A stretch of 64,000 bases of DNA from NCBI GenBank assembly GCA_963695545.1, contig OY968796.1, positions 3,552,001 through 3,616,000 of the forward strand. The letters run 5' to 3'. The DNA is from Terriglobia bacterium. GTDB taxonomy: Bacteria > Acidobacteriota > Terriglobia > Acidiferrales > UBA7541. Below the pieces are notes generated by a model, which made no database searches, was not told the DNA's origin, and saw only the letters and a list, made by a program, of their open reading frames with translations. Shown here in pieces: positions 1-8,805 of this stretch; positions within the stretch are counted from its first letter, which is position 1, and each line of letters starts with the position of its first letter. Made by a program: the position numbers and the translations under genes.

Positions 1-705
1 CTCGAACGACGCCGGCGTGGCGGAGAGAATTTTCAAACTGGTTTGAAGCGAGGCCATCAGCAGCGCGGCGGGAATGCTCTTGCCCACAACGTCGGCAACA
101 GCGATGAGGTACTTCGGCCCGGCGGACTCGGCCGAGGCGGCGCGCGGAATTACGTCGTAATAATCGCCGGCCACGGTGTTGGCGGGGCGCGTGTCGAAGG
201 CGATCTCCACGCCAGGAATTTTCGGCGGCTCGGCCGGCAAAAGCCAGGTCTGGATTTCGCGCGCGATCTGGAGGTCGCGCTTCATGACCACGCGATCGCC
301 AATTTCAAGAATCAGCAGAAAGAGCAGCAGCAATCCGCCCCACAGGCGGAAATCGAAATCGAATCGTGCAGTGCCATGCTTGGTGGCCCAGACGATGTCC
401 GAATGGTTGATGAGCAAATAGAGCGCGATGAGCAGCAGCACGCGGCGCGCGGGCGACAATTTTTCCATGATCGCCCAGAAAAATTGCTTCACCCACCAGG
501 GCCTGCCGTGCTTGGCGGCGGCTCCGGGAGACGCTTCGATATCGCGAGAGTAAAGGCGATAGCTGGTGAGGGTTTCGGCGCGAAACTGAGCCCAAATTTC
601 GCGTGCTCGAAATCCGCCGGTCACGCGCTGCCAAAACCCGTCCCCGCGCGCACCGGAGGCGCGGCGGCTGGCTCGGCGGTTCGCGCGTTGGTCGGAAGGG
701 GCCAT
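1..705 (-). CDS. Membrane-anchored PP2C/SpoIIE (RsbU-like) serine phosphatase, truncated by window edge
   Basis: Not in the ORF track because it runs off the edge. My translation from ATG 705 gives DLQIAREIQ...VAGDYYD...IAVADVVGKSIPAALLMASLQ (SpoIIE-family motifs) after hydrophobic segments. Confidence 0.88.
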   Translation of the reverse strand, partial: MAPSDQRANRRASRRASGARGDGFWQRVTGGFRAREIWAQFRAETLTSYRLYSRDIEASPGAAAKHGRPWWVKQFFWAIMEKLSPARRVLLLIALYLLINHSDIVWATKHGTARFDFDFRLWGGLLLLFLLILEIGDRVVMKRDLQIAREIQTWLLPAEPPKIPGVEIAFDTRPANTVAGDYYDVIPRAASAESAGPKYLIAVADVVGKSIPAALLMASLQTSLKILSATPASFE

Positions 706-792
706 TTCGGGATCGACCCGGAAGTATAGTCGCAATCGCCTCGACGCGGCGTGTGCGACGAAATCCCGATCACGGGCGCTGCGAAAGCCGGA

Positions 793-1563
793 TTAGGATG
801 GGACGGATCGGCCGCCGTCCACGACGAGCACTTGGCCAGTGACGAAATCGGCTTGCGCGAGATAGGAGACCGCGCCGGCGATATCTTCGGGGCGGCCGGT
901 GCGGGCGAGAGGCGCGCGACGGATAAAATCTTCAGCGATTCCGGGAGCGTCGTCGGGGAACGAAGTCGTACCTGGGGCGATGGCGTTGACGCGAATCTGC
1001 GGCGCGAGCGCGCGGGAAAGGCACCGCGTGAGCATAATCACGCCCGCTTTCGAGACGCAATAGTGAACGTAGTTCGGCCAGGCGAGCAATCCGCCGAGCG
1101 ACGCGAAATTCACGATCGAGCCGCGGCCGCTCGCGCGCAGCAGAGGCGCCGCGGCCTGTGCCGCGAAGAACTGCGATTTAAGATTTGTAGCCATGATCGT
1201 GTCCCAGTCATTTTCGGTGAGCTGCTCGAAAGGTTTGCCGAAAAACATGCCGACGTTGTTGACCAGAATGTCCAGGCGGCCGCGCATTTTTCCGGCGGAC
1301 TCAACCAGGCGCAGCACTTCGTCACGGCGGGTCACGTCAGCTTCATAAGCCTGAACGGTGCGTCCAAGCGCGGCGATTTCGCGCACAAGCGAATCGGCGT
1401 CGTCCTTCGAGTGGTGATAACTAAAGACGATGTCGGCACCGTCCGCGGCGAGGCGCAGAGCCACGCTGCGACCGATGCGCCGCGCGGCGCCGGTCACTAG
1501 AGCCACGCGCCCTTCTAGAGCGAGCGCTCCGTGCGGCGCGGCAGGGGAAGGTGTCGCGCTCAT
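793..1563 (-). CDS. SDR-family oxidoreductase (pteridine reductase-like)
   Basis: TGAARRIG Rossmann motif, NNVG, catalytic YCVSK, VNAIAPG, VDGG. Confidence 0.9.
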   Translation of the reverse strand: MSATPSPAAPHGALALEGRVALVTGAARRIGRSVALRLAADGADIVFSYHHSKDDADSLVREIAALGRTVQAYEADVTRRDEVLRLVESAGKMRGRLDILVNNVGMFFGKPFEQLTENDWDTIMATNLKSQFFAAQAAAPLLRASGRGSIVNFASLGGLLAWPNYVHYCVSKAGVIMLTRCLSRALAPQIRVNAIAPGTTSFPDDAPGIAEDFIRRAPLARTGRPEDIAGAVSYLAQADFVTGQVLVVDGGRSVPS

Positions 1564-1569
1564 GAGCGG

Positions 1570-1785
1570 TTATTCGCCGGCCTGAGAAACAGCGAAGCCG
1601 GGCAAGGTTTGGCCTTTGGCGCTGCGTTCAACGCGCACGCGGACCAGGGCTTCTTTTTCGGCGCCTGTGCGGCGCAGCACAGCGATGGTGGTCAAAGCTT
1701 CGGAGTAGAGCCGGGTGACGAGATAGTCCTCGTCAGTTCCGTTCTTCTTCCAGACCTGACCGACTTGGACGCGAAGCGCGGGCAT
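1570..1785 (-). CDS. Small hypothetical protein
   Basis: MPALRVQVGQVWKK...; host-like codon usage; ends 6 nt before the SDR start. The start could lie as far up as 1821. Confidence 0.65.
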   Translation of the reverse strand: MPALRVQVGQVWKKNGTDEDYLVTRLYSEALTTIAVLRRTGAEKEALVRVRVERSAKGQTLPGFAVSQAGE

Positions 1786-2039
1786 GAGTGGTTTGCGAAA
1801 GCTCAACGAATGTAGAGGCAAGCCGGAACGGTGTCAATGCACCTGGAACCATCCGGTGTCCAGACGCGTGCTCGGTAAACTGCGCGAGCGAGGGGCTAGG
1901 CAGAAACGGGGATAAGGCAACCATTGAGAGCGTTTCGTCCTCTTAGCACAAAAGAGTTGAGAGAAAGGCTTCTGGGTGTGCAAACGAGGTATATAATCCG
2001 GTCTACAGGCAATTTCGGTGCACCAGGCAAGGGGGAGCG

Positions 2040-3521
2040 ATGAACGGAATCCGCAAGGCACTGGTGGGCGGTTTTCTGACGACGGCTCTGGCCCTGGCTT
2101 GGCCCGCCTCCGGCAGCGCGCAAAGTAGCAGCTCAGCAGCGCCGACGCCGCAGGCCACGGCTCAAACTTCAAGCCAGGCGCAAACGCAGAGCCAGCAGCA
2201 AACGGAACAGCCCGCCGCAAGCCAGACTTCCGCCACATCCGCGCCGCAGACGACGCAGCCAGCCACTCAGGCGCCGGCGCAGCAGCAGACGCCACAGAGC
2301 ACGACGGCGCAACCCTCTTCGACTTCGACTGCCACGACCGCGCCCGCTGCGACGCAACCGGCCGCATCGCCGTCCGACGCTTCGCAGCAGGCTACGCAAC
2401 AGCCCGCGGCTTCGACTCCGACCGACACAACGGGCGATCAGATGAAAAACATCAAGCCCGGTTCCGAACAGGACGTCAACGCGATCGGCGACCGCAAAGT
2501 CGGCAGCGGCATTGACATGTATTCGATCGAGAGCGAAATCGCCCTTGGCAAGCAGGCCGCGCAGGAAGTGGAGAAATCCTCGAAGCTGGTGGATGACCCA
2601 GTCGTGGTCGACTACGTTAATCGCGTTGGCCAGCGCTTGGTGCGCAATTCCGACTGCAAGGTGCCGTTCACAATCAAGGTGATCGATTCAGACGAGATCA
2701 ACGCCTTCGCTTTGCCGGGCGGCTTCTTCTATGTGAACAGCGGATTGATTCTGGCCGCGGACACTGAAGCGGAATTGGCCGGCGTGATGGGTCATGAAAC
2801 CGCGCACGTGTGCGCGCGCCACGGCACGCGCAACGCCACCAAGGAGCAGCTCGCCGAATTCGCCACGATTCCGCTGATCTTGCTGGGGCCCGGCGGCTGG
2901 GCCGGATACGGAATTTACGAAGGATTGCAGATGGCGATTCCGATCGGCTTCCTGAAATTCTCGCGCGACGCCGAACGCGAAGCCGATTACCTGGGCCTGC
3001 AGTACATGTGGAAGGCGGGCTACGATCCCAACGCGTTCGTGAGCTTCTTCGAGAAAATCGAAGCCATGGAAAAACGCCAACCGGGAACGATCCCCAAACT
3101 TTTCGCGGACCATCCACCGACGCCGGACCGCATGGCGGCAGCGCAGAAGGAAATCGCCGAGATTCTGCCGCCGCGCGATGAGTACATCGTGACCACCTCG
3201 GAATTCGATACGGTGAAAGCGCGATTGCAGCGCATCGAGAACAAACAGAAAGTGCAGGACAAGGCTCCGGGTTCACCGACGCTGCGCACGCGCACGGAAC
3301 AACAGCAGCAACAGCAGGGTCAGGCTGACCCGGGCGCTACCGGTACGTCAGATGGCTCTGGCTCAGACGATCCAGATCGCCCGGTATTGAAGAAGCGCAC
3401 CGATTCGCCGGATAGCAACGACCCGACCAACACGTCGGGGACGGGCGCTTCCGGATCCACCACGTCGGGAACGGGCACAACGGGCACTGGCACAACCGGC
3501 CAGACGAACCCAGGGCAGTAG
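2040..3521 (+). CDS. M48-family zinc metalloprotease with signal peptide and low-complexity termini
   Basis: INAFALPGG, HETAH (HEXXH), FSRDAEREAD, DHPPTPDR; GGGGAG RBS and upstream TATAAT. Confidence 0.92.
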   Translation: MNGIRKALVGGFLTTALALAWPASGSAQSSSSAAPTPQATAQTSSQAQTQSQQQTEQPAASQTSATSAPQTTQPATQAPAQQQTPQSTTAQPSSTSTATTAPAATQPAASPSDASQQATQQPAASTPTDTTGDQMKNIKPGSEQDVNAIGDRKVGSGIDMYSIESEIALGKQAAQEVEKSSKLVDDPVVVDYVNRVGQRLVRNSDCKVPFTIKVIDSDEINAFALPGGFFYVNSGLILAADTEAELAGVMGHETAHVCARHGTRNATKEQLAEFATIPLILLGPGGWAGYGIYEGLQMAIPIGFLKFSRDAEREADYLGLQYMWKAGYDPNAFVSFFEKIEAMEKRQPGTIPKLFADHPPTPDRMAAAQKEIAEILPPRDEYIVTTSEFDTVKARLQRIENKQKVQDKAPGSPTLRTRTEQQQQQQGQADPGATGTSDGSGSDDPDRPVLKKRTDSPDSNDPTNTSGTGASGSTTSGTGTTGTGTTGQTNPGQ

Positions 3522-3573
3522 ACTTAAGGGTCTCGACTTCGGGGATTCCTGGGAGAGCCGAGAGGCGGGCGAA

Positions 3574-3870
3574 CTATTCTGATCGCGGTTGGTGCGCGAC
3601 GCCTAATCGGCGCATTTCTTCAGCGTAATAGCGGCGGTATAAGACATCCCACTCTTCCGTTCCTTCCAGGATTTCGCGTTTCTGCGAGCTGATTTTTTCG
3701 CGCACGTGCGTCTCGAGTTGCTCTTCCTCTTTCAGCAGAGCCGAGATGATCTGCACGATTTCCTGACGAATGGTGTCGCGGTCCTCGACGAAAACCACAT
3801 CGTCGGAAGATACCAACACGTCGGTGATGATGTGAGAAAGGCGGACGGTTTTCTCGCGAGTCAAACGCAT
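3574..3870 (-). CDS. DUF507-family protein
   Basis: MRLTREK...EGTEEWDVLYRRYYAEE pattern; tandem with a paralogue. Confidence 0.75.
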   Translation of the reverse strand: MRLTREKTVRLSHIITDVLVSSDDVVFVEDRDTIRQEIVQIISALLKEEEQLETHVREKISSQKREILEGTEEWDVLYRRYYAEEMRRLGVAHQPRSE

Positions 3871-3934
3871 CGAATGCGCGCCTCTTCCCTGCCCTGGTTG
3901 GAACTTGCCATGTGCGACATTTTTCGCGCGAAGC

Positions 3935-4216
3935 TCATCGCAGAATCAACTTCCTCTGCCGCGCGAGCTCGCCCTTCACCTTCTTGTACATCTCCTGATA
4001 AGAGACGCCGGTGCGTTTCATTTCTTCGGCGTGGTCGGTGAGGATCTGGCGGACTTCGTCGTTGAGCCGCTCTTCGATGCCGATTTCTTCCTGGGCGGCC
4101 TTGCGCACCCGCTCGGTGACGGCGGCCACGGCTGACGTCTCAATCATGTTCCCCGCGACAAGGCGCGTGACCACTCGTTGTGCCAGGTATCCGACGTAAT
4201 CGCGAGACAACAACAC
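3935..4216 (-). CDS. DUF507-family protein
   Basis: GTG start at 4216 with GGAGG RBS; ends YQEMYKKVKGELARQRKLILR. Confidence 0.75.
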   Translation of the reverse strand: MLLSRDYVGYLAQRVVTRLVAGNMIETSAVAAVTERVRKAAQEEIGIEERLNDEVRQILTDHAEEMKRTGVSYQEMYKKVKGELARQRKLILR

Positions 4217-4334
4217 GCTGAACAGCCTCCGGGCGCGTCCAATTACTGTGTAAGGCAAGTCTACTGGCGCGGCTGGAACAGTGTCAAGGAATGCGAGGCG
4301 TGTGCTATAATTTTTGACTGGCGGAGGTTGTCCT

Positions 4335-5966
4335 GTGCGCGGAGAACGTCGTGGCTTGGCCCTGGTATTCGCGGTATTGATTCTTTCCGCGGTCCTGGGA
4401 GGCATTTACGGTCCCGCGGTGCGCGCCACGCCCACCAGCGCCGACGAGCTGAAAGACGCCGTCAGCCAGTTCACCAACGTCCTCGCCGTCGTCCAGCAAA
4501 ATTATGCGGTGCCGGTCGATACCGATCACGCCATTTATGAAGGCGCGATTCCCGGCATGTTGCGCGTGCTGGACCCGCACTCCACGTTTTTCGATCCCCA
4601 GGCCTATGCGTTGCTGCGCGAAGACCAGCGCGGCGAATATTACGGTGTGGGCATGACCATCGCGCCCGACCGGGCGAATCCGAACGAGACCGAAGTGCTT
4701 GCACCGATGGTCGGTACTCCGGCATTTCGCGCTGGCTTGCGGCCGGGCGACATCATTATCAAAGTGGATGGCAAACCCACCGACGGCCTGACCACCACGG
4801 AAGTGGCCGACTTGCTGAAAGGGCCCAAGGGCACCACGGTGACGATTTCGGTTCGTCGCGACGGAGCCGACGCGCCGATCGACTTCACGGTGATGCGCGA
4901 CGAAATCCCCAAGCACTCGGTGGACGTGGCGTTCATGCTCAAACCGGGAATCGGCTACATCAAGCTTTCCGGTTTCAATGAGACCACGGACGCGGAAATG
5001 ACCGAGGCGCTCAAGGATCTGGACGCGCCGTCACTCGATGGCTTGATTCTCGATTTGCGCGGCAATCCGGGCGGGCTGTTGCAGGAAGCCATCGCCGTCT
5101 CCGACAAATTTTTGGACAAGAATCAGCTGATCGTTTCGGATCACGGGCGTGCATCGCCCGAGAAACGCTATTACGCGGTGAGCGGTAATCGGGGCGTCAC
5201 CTGCCCGCTGGTTGTGCTGATCAACGGCGGCTCGGCATCGGCGGCGGAGATCGTCACGGGTTCGATTCAGGATCACGACCGCGGACTGGTGGTCGGCGAT
5301 CAGAGTTTCGGAAAGGGGCTGGTGCAGAGCGTCTCGCAGTTGAGCGAGGACACTGGCCTTGCGCTGACCATCGCGCGCTACTATACGCCGAGCGGCCGCT
5401 TGATCCAGCGCGATTACAAAGACATCTCGCTTTACGATTACCTGTATAACCACAAGACGCCCGCGCCGACCGAAGTGAAGCTGACCGATGGCGGACGGCA
5501 AGTCACCGGCGGCGGCGGCATCACGCCAGACGTGGTGATCGCTGCGCCGAAGCCCAACGATTTCGAGCAGGATCTGTTCCGGCACGACGTCTTCTATCCG
5601 AATTATCCGTATGCCAATCCGCTGAGCGTCGGCGGATTCACCACGTGGTATCTGGGCACGAAGCCTGACGTGACGCGATCGTTCGACGCGGACGACGCGG
5701 TGATCGCCGAGTTCCGCAAGTATCTCGACAAGGCCGGTGTGAAGTACACCGACGCCGACATCACCGCGAACCTCGATTGGATCCGGCACATGATCAAGCT
5801 GGAAGTCATCACCTCGGTCTACGGATTAAACGACGGCTATAAGGTCGAACTCGAAGACGATCCGCAGCTCGACAAGGCCGTGGAATCGTTGCCGCAGGCG
5901 CGCGCTCTTTACGACAACGTGCGCAAGATCATCGCGCAGCGATCCACGGACGATCCGGGGCAGTAG
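4335..5966 (+). CDS. S41-family carboxyl-terminal protease (CtpA/Prc-like) with PDZ domain
   Basis: LDPHS, DLRGNPGG, SASAAEI, SFGKGLVQ, ARYYTPSGR; GTG start with GGAGG at 4323. Confidence 0.93.
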   Translation: MRGERRGLALVFAVLILSAVLGGIYGPAVRATPTSADELKDAVSQFTNVLAVVQQNYAVPVDTDHAIYEGAIPGMLRVLDPHSTFFDPQAYALLREDQRGEYYGVGMTIAPDRANPNETEVLAPMVGTPAFRAGLRPGDIIIKVDGKPTDGLTTTEVADLLKGPKGTTVTISVRRDGADAPIDFTVMRDEIPKHSVDVAFMLKPGIGYIKLSGFNETTDAEMTEALKDLDAPSLDGLILDLRGNPGGLLQEAIAVSDKFLDKNQLIVSDHGRASPEKRYYAVSGNRGVTCPLVVLINGGSASAAEIVTGSIQDHDRGLVVGDQSFGKGLVQSVSQLSEDTGLALTIARYYTPSGRLIQRDYKDISLYDYLYNHKTPAPTEVKLTDGGRQVTGGGGITPDVVIAAPKPNDFEQDLFRHDVFYPNYPYANPLSVGGFTTWYLGTKPDVTRSFDADDAVIAEFRKYLDKAGVKYTDADITANLDWIRHMIKLEVITSVYGLNDGYKVELEDDPQLDKAVESLPQARALYDNVRKIIAQRSTDDPGQ

Positions 5967-6067
5967 AGCTTTCGGCGCCGGGGCCCGGGCCATTTCGACG
6001 AAGACAATTCACACAATTTTATGCGCAGGGAAAAGTGATCCGGACGAAGCTCGCCCGCTTCGTGCGC

Positions 6068-7693
6068 CTAGAGGAACAAGATTTGGTGCTGCGGATTGCC
6101 CGGGACAATCTGCGCGGCCAGATGATCGAGTAGCTCGGGTCCCTGCGCGGCCAGCAGCGGCAGAAGGCACAGCGCACGCTCCTGCAATTGCCCTTCGGGA
6201 TACAGCACTCCGGCAATTTCGTGCTCGTGCCCCTCGAGGACGCCGGCGCGGAAGGCTTGCGCGCGGCCCGCTTTGTGCTCGAGGCTTTGAAACTGAAATA
6301 ACATTTTGCTCTCGACGTTTTCGAGCGCGCCGACCAGCGTGCGGTCGAGTTTCTCGATCGGCGGGCGGAGACCTTCCAGAATTTTCTTCAGAGCTTTTTC
6401 GCCGCTCGCGAAGCGCGCGGCCAGGGATTTCGGCAGTGAGTCGCGCTCCATGTGCTCGCGGAGAATGCGGCCGCCGCGGAAAGCATCCGGCACCTTAAGC
6501 TGGTATTTTTCAAGCAGCCGCGCGACGTGGCTGGGCACGAGCGTGATGCTGGCTCGCGGCAAAATCGCCGGCATGCGGCCCAGAAGATGCTTATACACGA
6601 CCGAAACCTGCGCGTAGTAGGCGGTTTCAGCGGGACCGGCGATGTACGCGGCGGTGGGCAGCAGCGTGTCTTGCACGATCGGCCGCAGCAGCACGTTGCC
6701 GGTGAAGGCCGCGGGCGAGGATTCGATCTCGCGGCGAAGCTCCGCGGCGGTGAAATCGCGATCGCCCACCGCGAAGCCGTCGTTCTTGCGGCGAACCGGC
6801 AACCGGTGGCCTTGCGTTGACCAAAACAGGAGCGTGCTGCGCTCGGCGACTTTCACTTGCGCGTGAAAATGCTGGCGCTCCAGGCGCTCCGTTCGGCGCA
6901 TCAATTCTTCTGAAAGCGCGGCCTGCTCGTCGAGCGCGCGAAGGTAGACCGGCGCGGCGAGACGATGCAATTCTGCGTCGAGCGGATCGAGCAGTATCAA
7001 TCCCGATGGACCGAGCAGGCGCGCCAGCAGCTTGCCCAGCGCGGAACTGAAAGTCTCCGCCGGGCGATACGATTCCCGCAGCGCCGCGGCGATCGTCTCC
7101 GCCGACGGACCTTCGAGATTATTCGTGGCGCGCGCCACCAATTCTTCGACAGCATCGCCCAGCGCTACGCTGCCGACGCTAGGCCCCTCGCCTTCGCTTG
7201 CGGGCTGTTCGAGTTCGATACGTTCGTTGCCTTCGCGGCCGCGCCAAAGGCAATGATTGATCTCGGCAATATCGTGATCTTCCGACGCCAGCCAGAAAAC
7301 CGGCACGGCCTCGACTCCCGCGGCCGTCAACTCCGCCGCGAGGCGCACCGCCGTCAGAGCTTTGTAAAACGTGTACGCCGGGCCGGAAAAAAGACTGACT
7401 TGCTGTCCGGTAACCACAGCCACCGCTCGACCGGCCAGCAAATCGAGATTGTGCTCGACGGCCGCGCCGCTTCCGAACGTGCGATTCTGCGCGCGCAGGC
7501 GTTCGACCACCGCGGCGCGCATGGCCGGCGCATAATTTATTTGCGCGGCGGCCTGGCGCACGCCGTCGAGCGTTGGGGCATGCGCATAAAATTCGGCGAC
7601 GCTCGGGAAGTCTTCAAGAAACGCGCGATAGAGGCGCGTGGTTTCGGGCAACTGCGACGCAGGAATACTCTGTGACTCCATCGATGCGGTCAT
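6068..7693 (-). CDS. bshC: Bacillithiol biosynthesis cysteine-adding enzyme
   Basis: VVTGQQ, VPVFWLASEDHD, LLRPIVQD, YIAGPAETAY, LQER motifs. Start is 7693 or 7681. Confidence 0.88.
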   Translation of the reverse strand: MTASMESQSIPASQLPETTRLYRAFLEDFPSVAEFYAHAPTLDGVRQAAAQINYAPAMRAAVVERLRAQNRTFGSGAAVEHNLDLLAGRAVAVVTGQQVSLFSGPAYTFYKALTAVRLAAELTAAGVEAVPVFWLASEDHDIAEINHCLWRGREGNERIELEQPASEGEGPSVGSVALGDAVEELVARATNNLEGPSAETIAAALRESYRPAETFSSALGKLLARLLGPSGLILLDPLDAELHRLAAPVYLRALDEQAALSEELMRRTERLERQHFHAQVKVAERSTLLFWSTQGHRLPVRRKNDGFAVGDRDFTAAELRREIESSPAAFTGNVLLRPIVQDTLLPTAAYIAGPAETAYYAQVSVVYKHLLGRMPAILPRASITLVPSHVARLLEKYQLKVPDAFRGGRILREHMERDSLPKSLAARFASGEKALKKILEGLRPPIEKLDRTLVGALENVESKMLFQFQSLEHKAGRAQAFRAGVLEGHEHEIAGVLYPEGQLQERALCLLPLLAAQGPELLDHLAAQIVPGNPQHQILFL

Positions 7694-7833
7694 GATATAT
7701 GCGCGCGCGAAGCTGGGCAAACCTGCTGGTCCGTTGGCAGTATTTTGATGTCGGGCGTTAGCGGAGGGTTCAACAATTTAGGGCGAAAATGACGCCGCGC
7801 GGGATTTCTCGGCGCGCGCGAAGCACGCTTGAA

Positions 7834-8739
7834 TTAGGAGGGACGCGCGCCTGCGGGAACGTCCACCCAAGCCGCGAGCACGGCGTCGACCTCGGCTCGC
7901 TCCTGTTCGGTCGGAGGCAACAGCGGGCGGCGCGGCAATCCACCGATGTACCCGAGTCGATCCATGGCGTACTTCAGTCCCGGCGGCCCCAGGCCCGAAC
8001 CAATTCGGCGCGATGCCGGCTCAAGTTTTTCTTCGAGCGCTCGCGCCTCCGCGATCTTCCCGGCGCGCGCCAGGCGATATACCTGAGCGCACGGTTCGGG
8101 CAGCGCCGATGCCAGCGCCAAAATTCCCCCGCTCGCTCCGACGCCAAGCGACGCAACCAAAGTGATGGCTGAACCAACCAGAAGCGAAAAATCCGCCGGA
8201 ACAGCGCGAGCGGTTTGCTCGGCGCGCTCCACGCTTCCGGAACTATCCTTGATGCCGATTATATTCGGGTGCTCAGCGAGGCGCGCCGTGACTTCGGCTT
8301 CGACCGTGACGCCGGTGAACACGGGCACTGAATAAAGCAGAATCGGAATCGGAGAGGCGTCGGCAACGCGGTGATAGTGCTCGATGAGCACGCGCGCGTT
8401 CATGAAGGGCTTGTAGTAGCTCGGCGTGCGCACCAGCGCCGCCGAATATCCGAGCGCAGCCGCGCGATTCGTGCGCTCGATGCTCTCGGCGGTGGTCTCG
8501 GCGCCGGTTCCGGCGAGAGCCGTTTTGCCGGGCGCTGCGTTCTCGAGTACGGTGGCCCAGACGCGCTCAGACTCGTCAATCGAGAGCAGCGCCGCCTCGC
8601 CGGTAGAACCCGTTACGACGTAGCCCGCGAGGTCCGTGCGGTTGTAACGCGCGATATTCGCGGCCAGGCCCGCAAGGTCAAGCGAATCGTCGGAACGAAA
8701 CGGAGTGGTGAGCGCCGCGAATAAGCCTTCGAGCTTCAC
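7834..8739 (-). CDS. Dihydrodipicolinate synthase-family aldolase (DapA/HOGA-like)
   Basis: GSTGE, LLYSVP, IIGIKDSSG (Schiff-base Lys). Confidence 0.88.
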   Translation of the reverse strand: MKLEGLFAALTTPFRSDDSLDLAGLAANIARYNRTDLAGYVVTGSTGEAALLSIDESERVWATVLENAAPGKTALAGTGAETTAESIERTNRAAALGYSAALVRTPSYYKPFMNARVLIEHYHRVADASPIPILLYSVPVFTGVTVEAEVTARLAEHPNIIGIKDSSGSVERAEQTARAVPADFSLLVGSAITLVASLGVGASGGILALASALPEPCAQVYRLARAGKIAEARALEEKLEPASRRIGSGLGPPGLKYAMDRLGYIGGLPRRPLLPPTEQERAEVDAVLAAWVDVPAGARPS

Positions 8740-8805
8740 ACGAAAATTGTAACCGAGAGGCGCGGCAAAAAGAAGTCACCTCTCAGGCAAACAGTGGGGC
8801 CGCGG

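Noticed and set aside
43..729. Plus-strand 228-aa ORF
   Set aside because: It is antisense to the PP2C phosphatase on the minus strand.
2130..2430. Q/T/A/S-rich quasi-repeats in the M48 protease
   Set aside because: Ordinary low-complexity linker with no fixed period.
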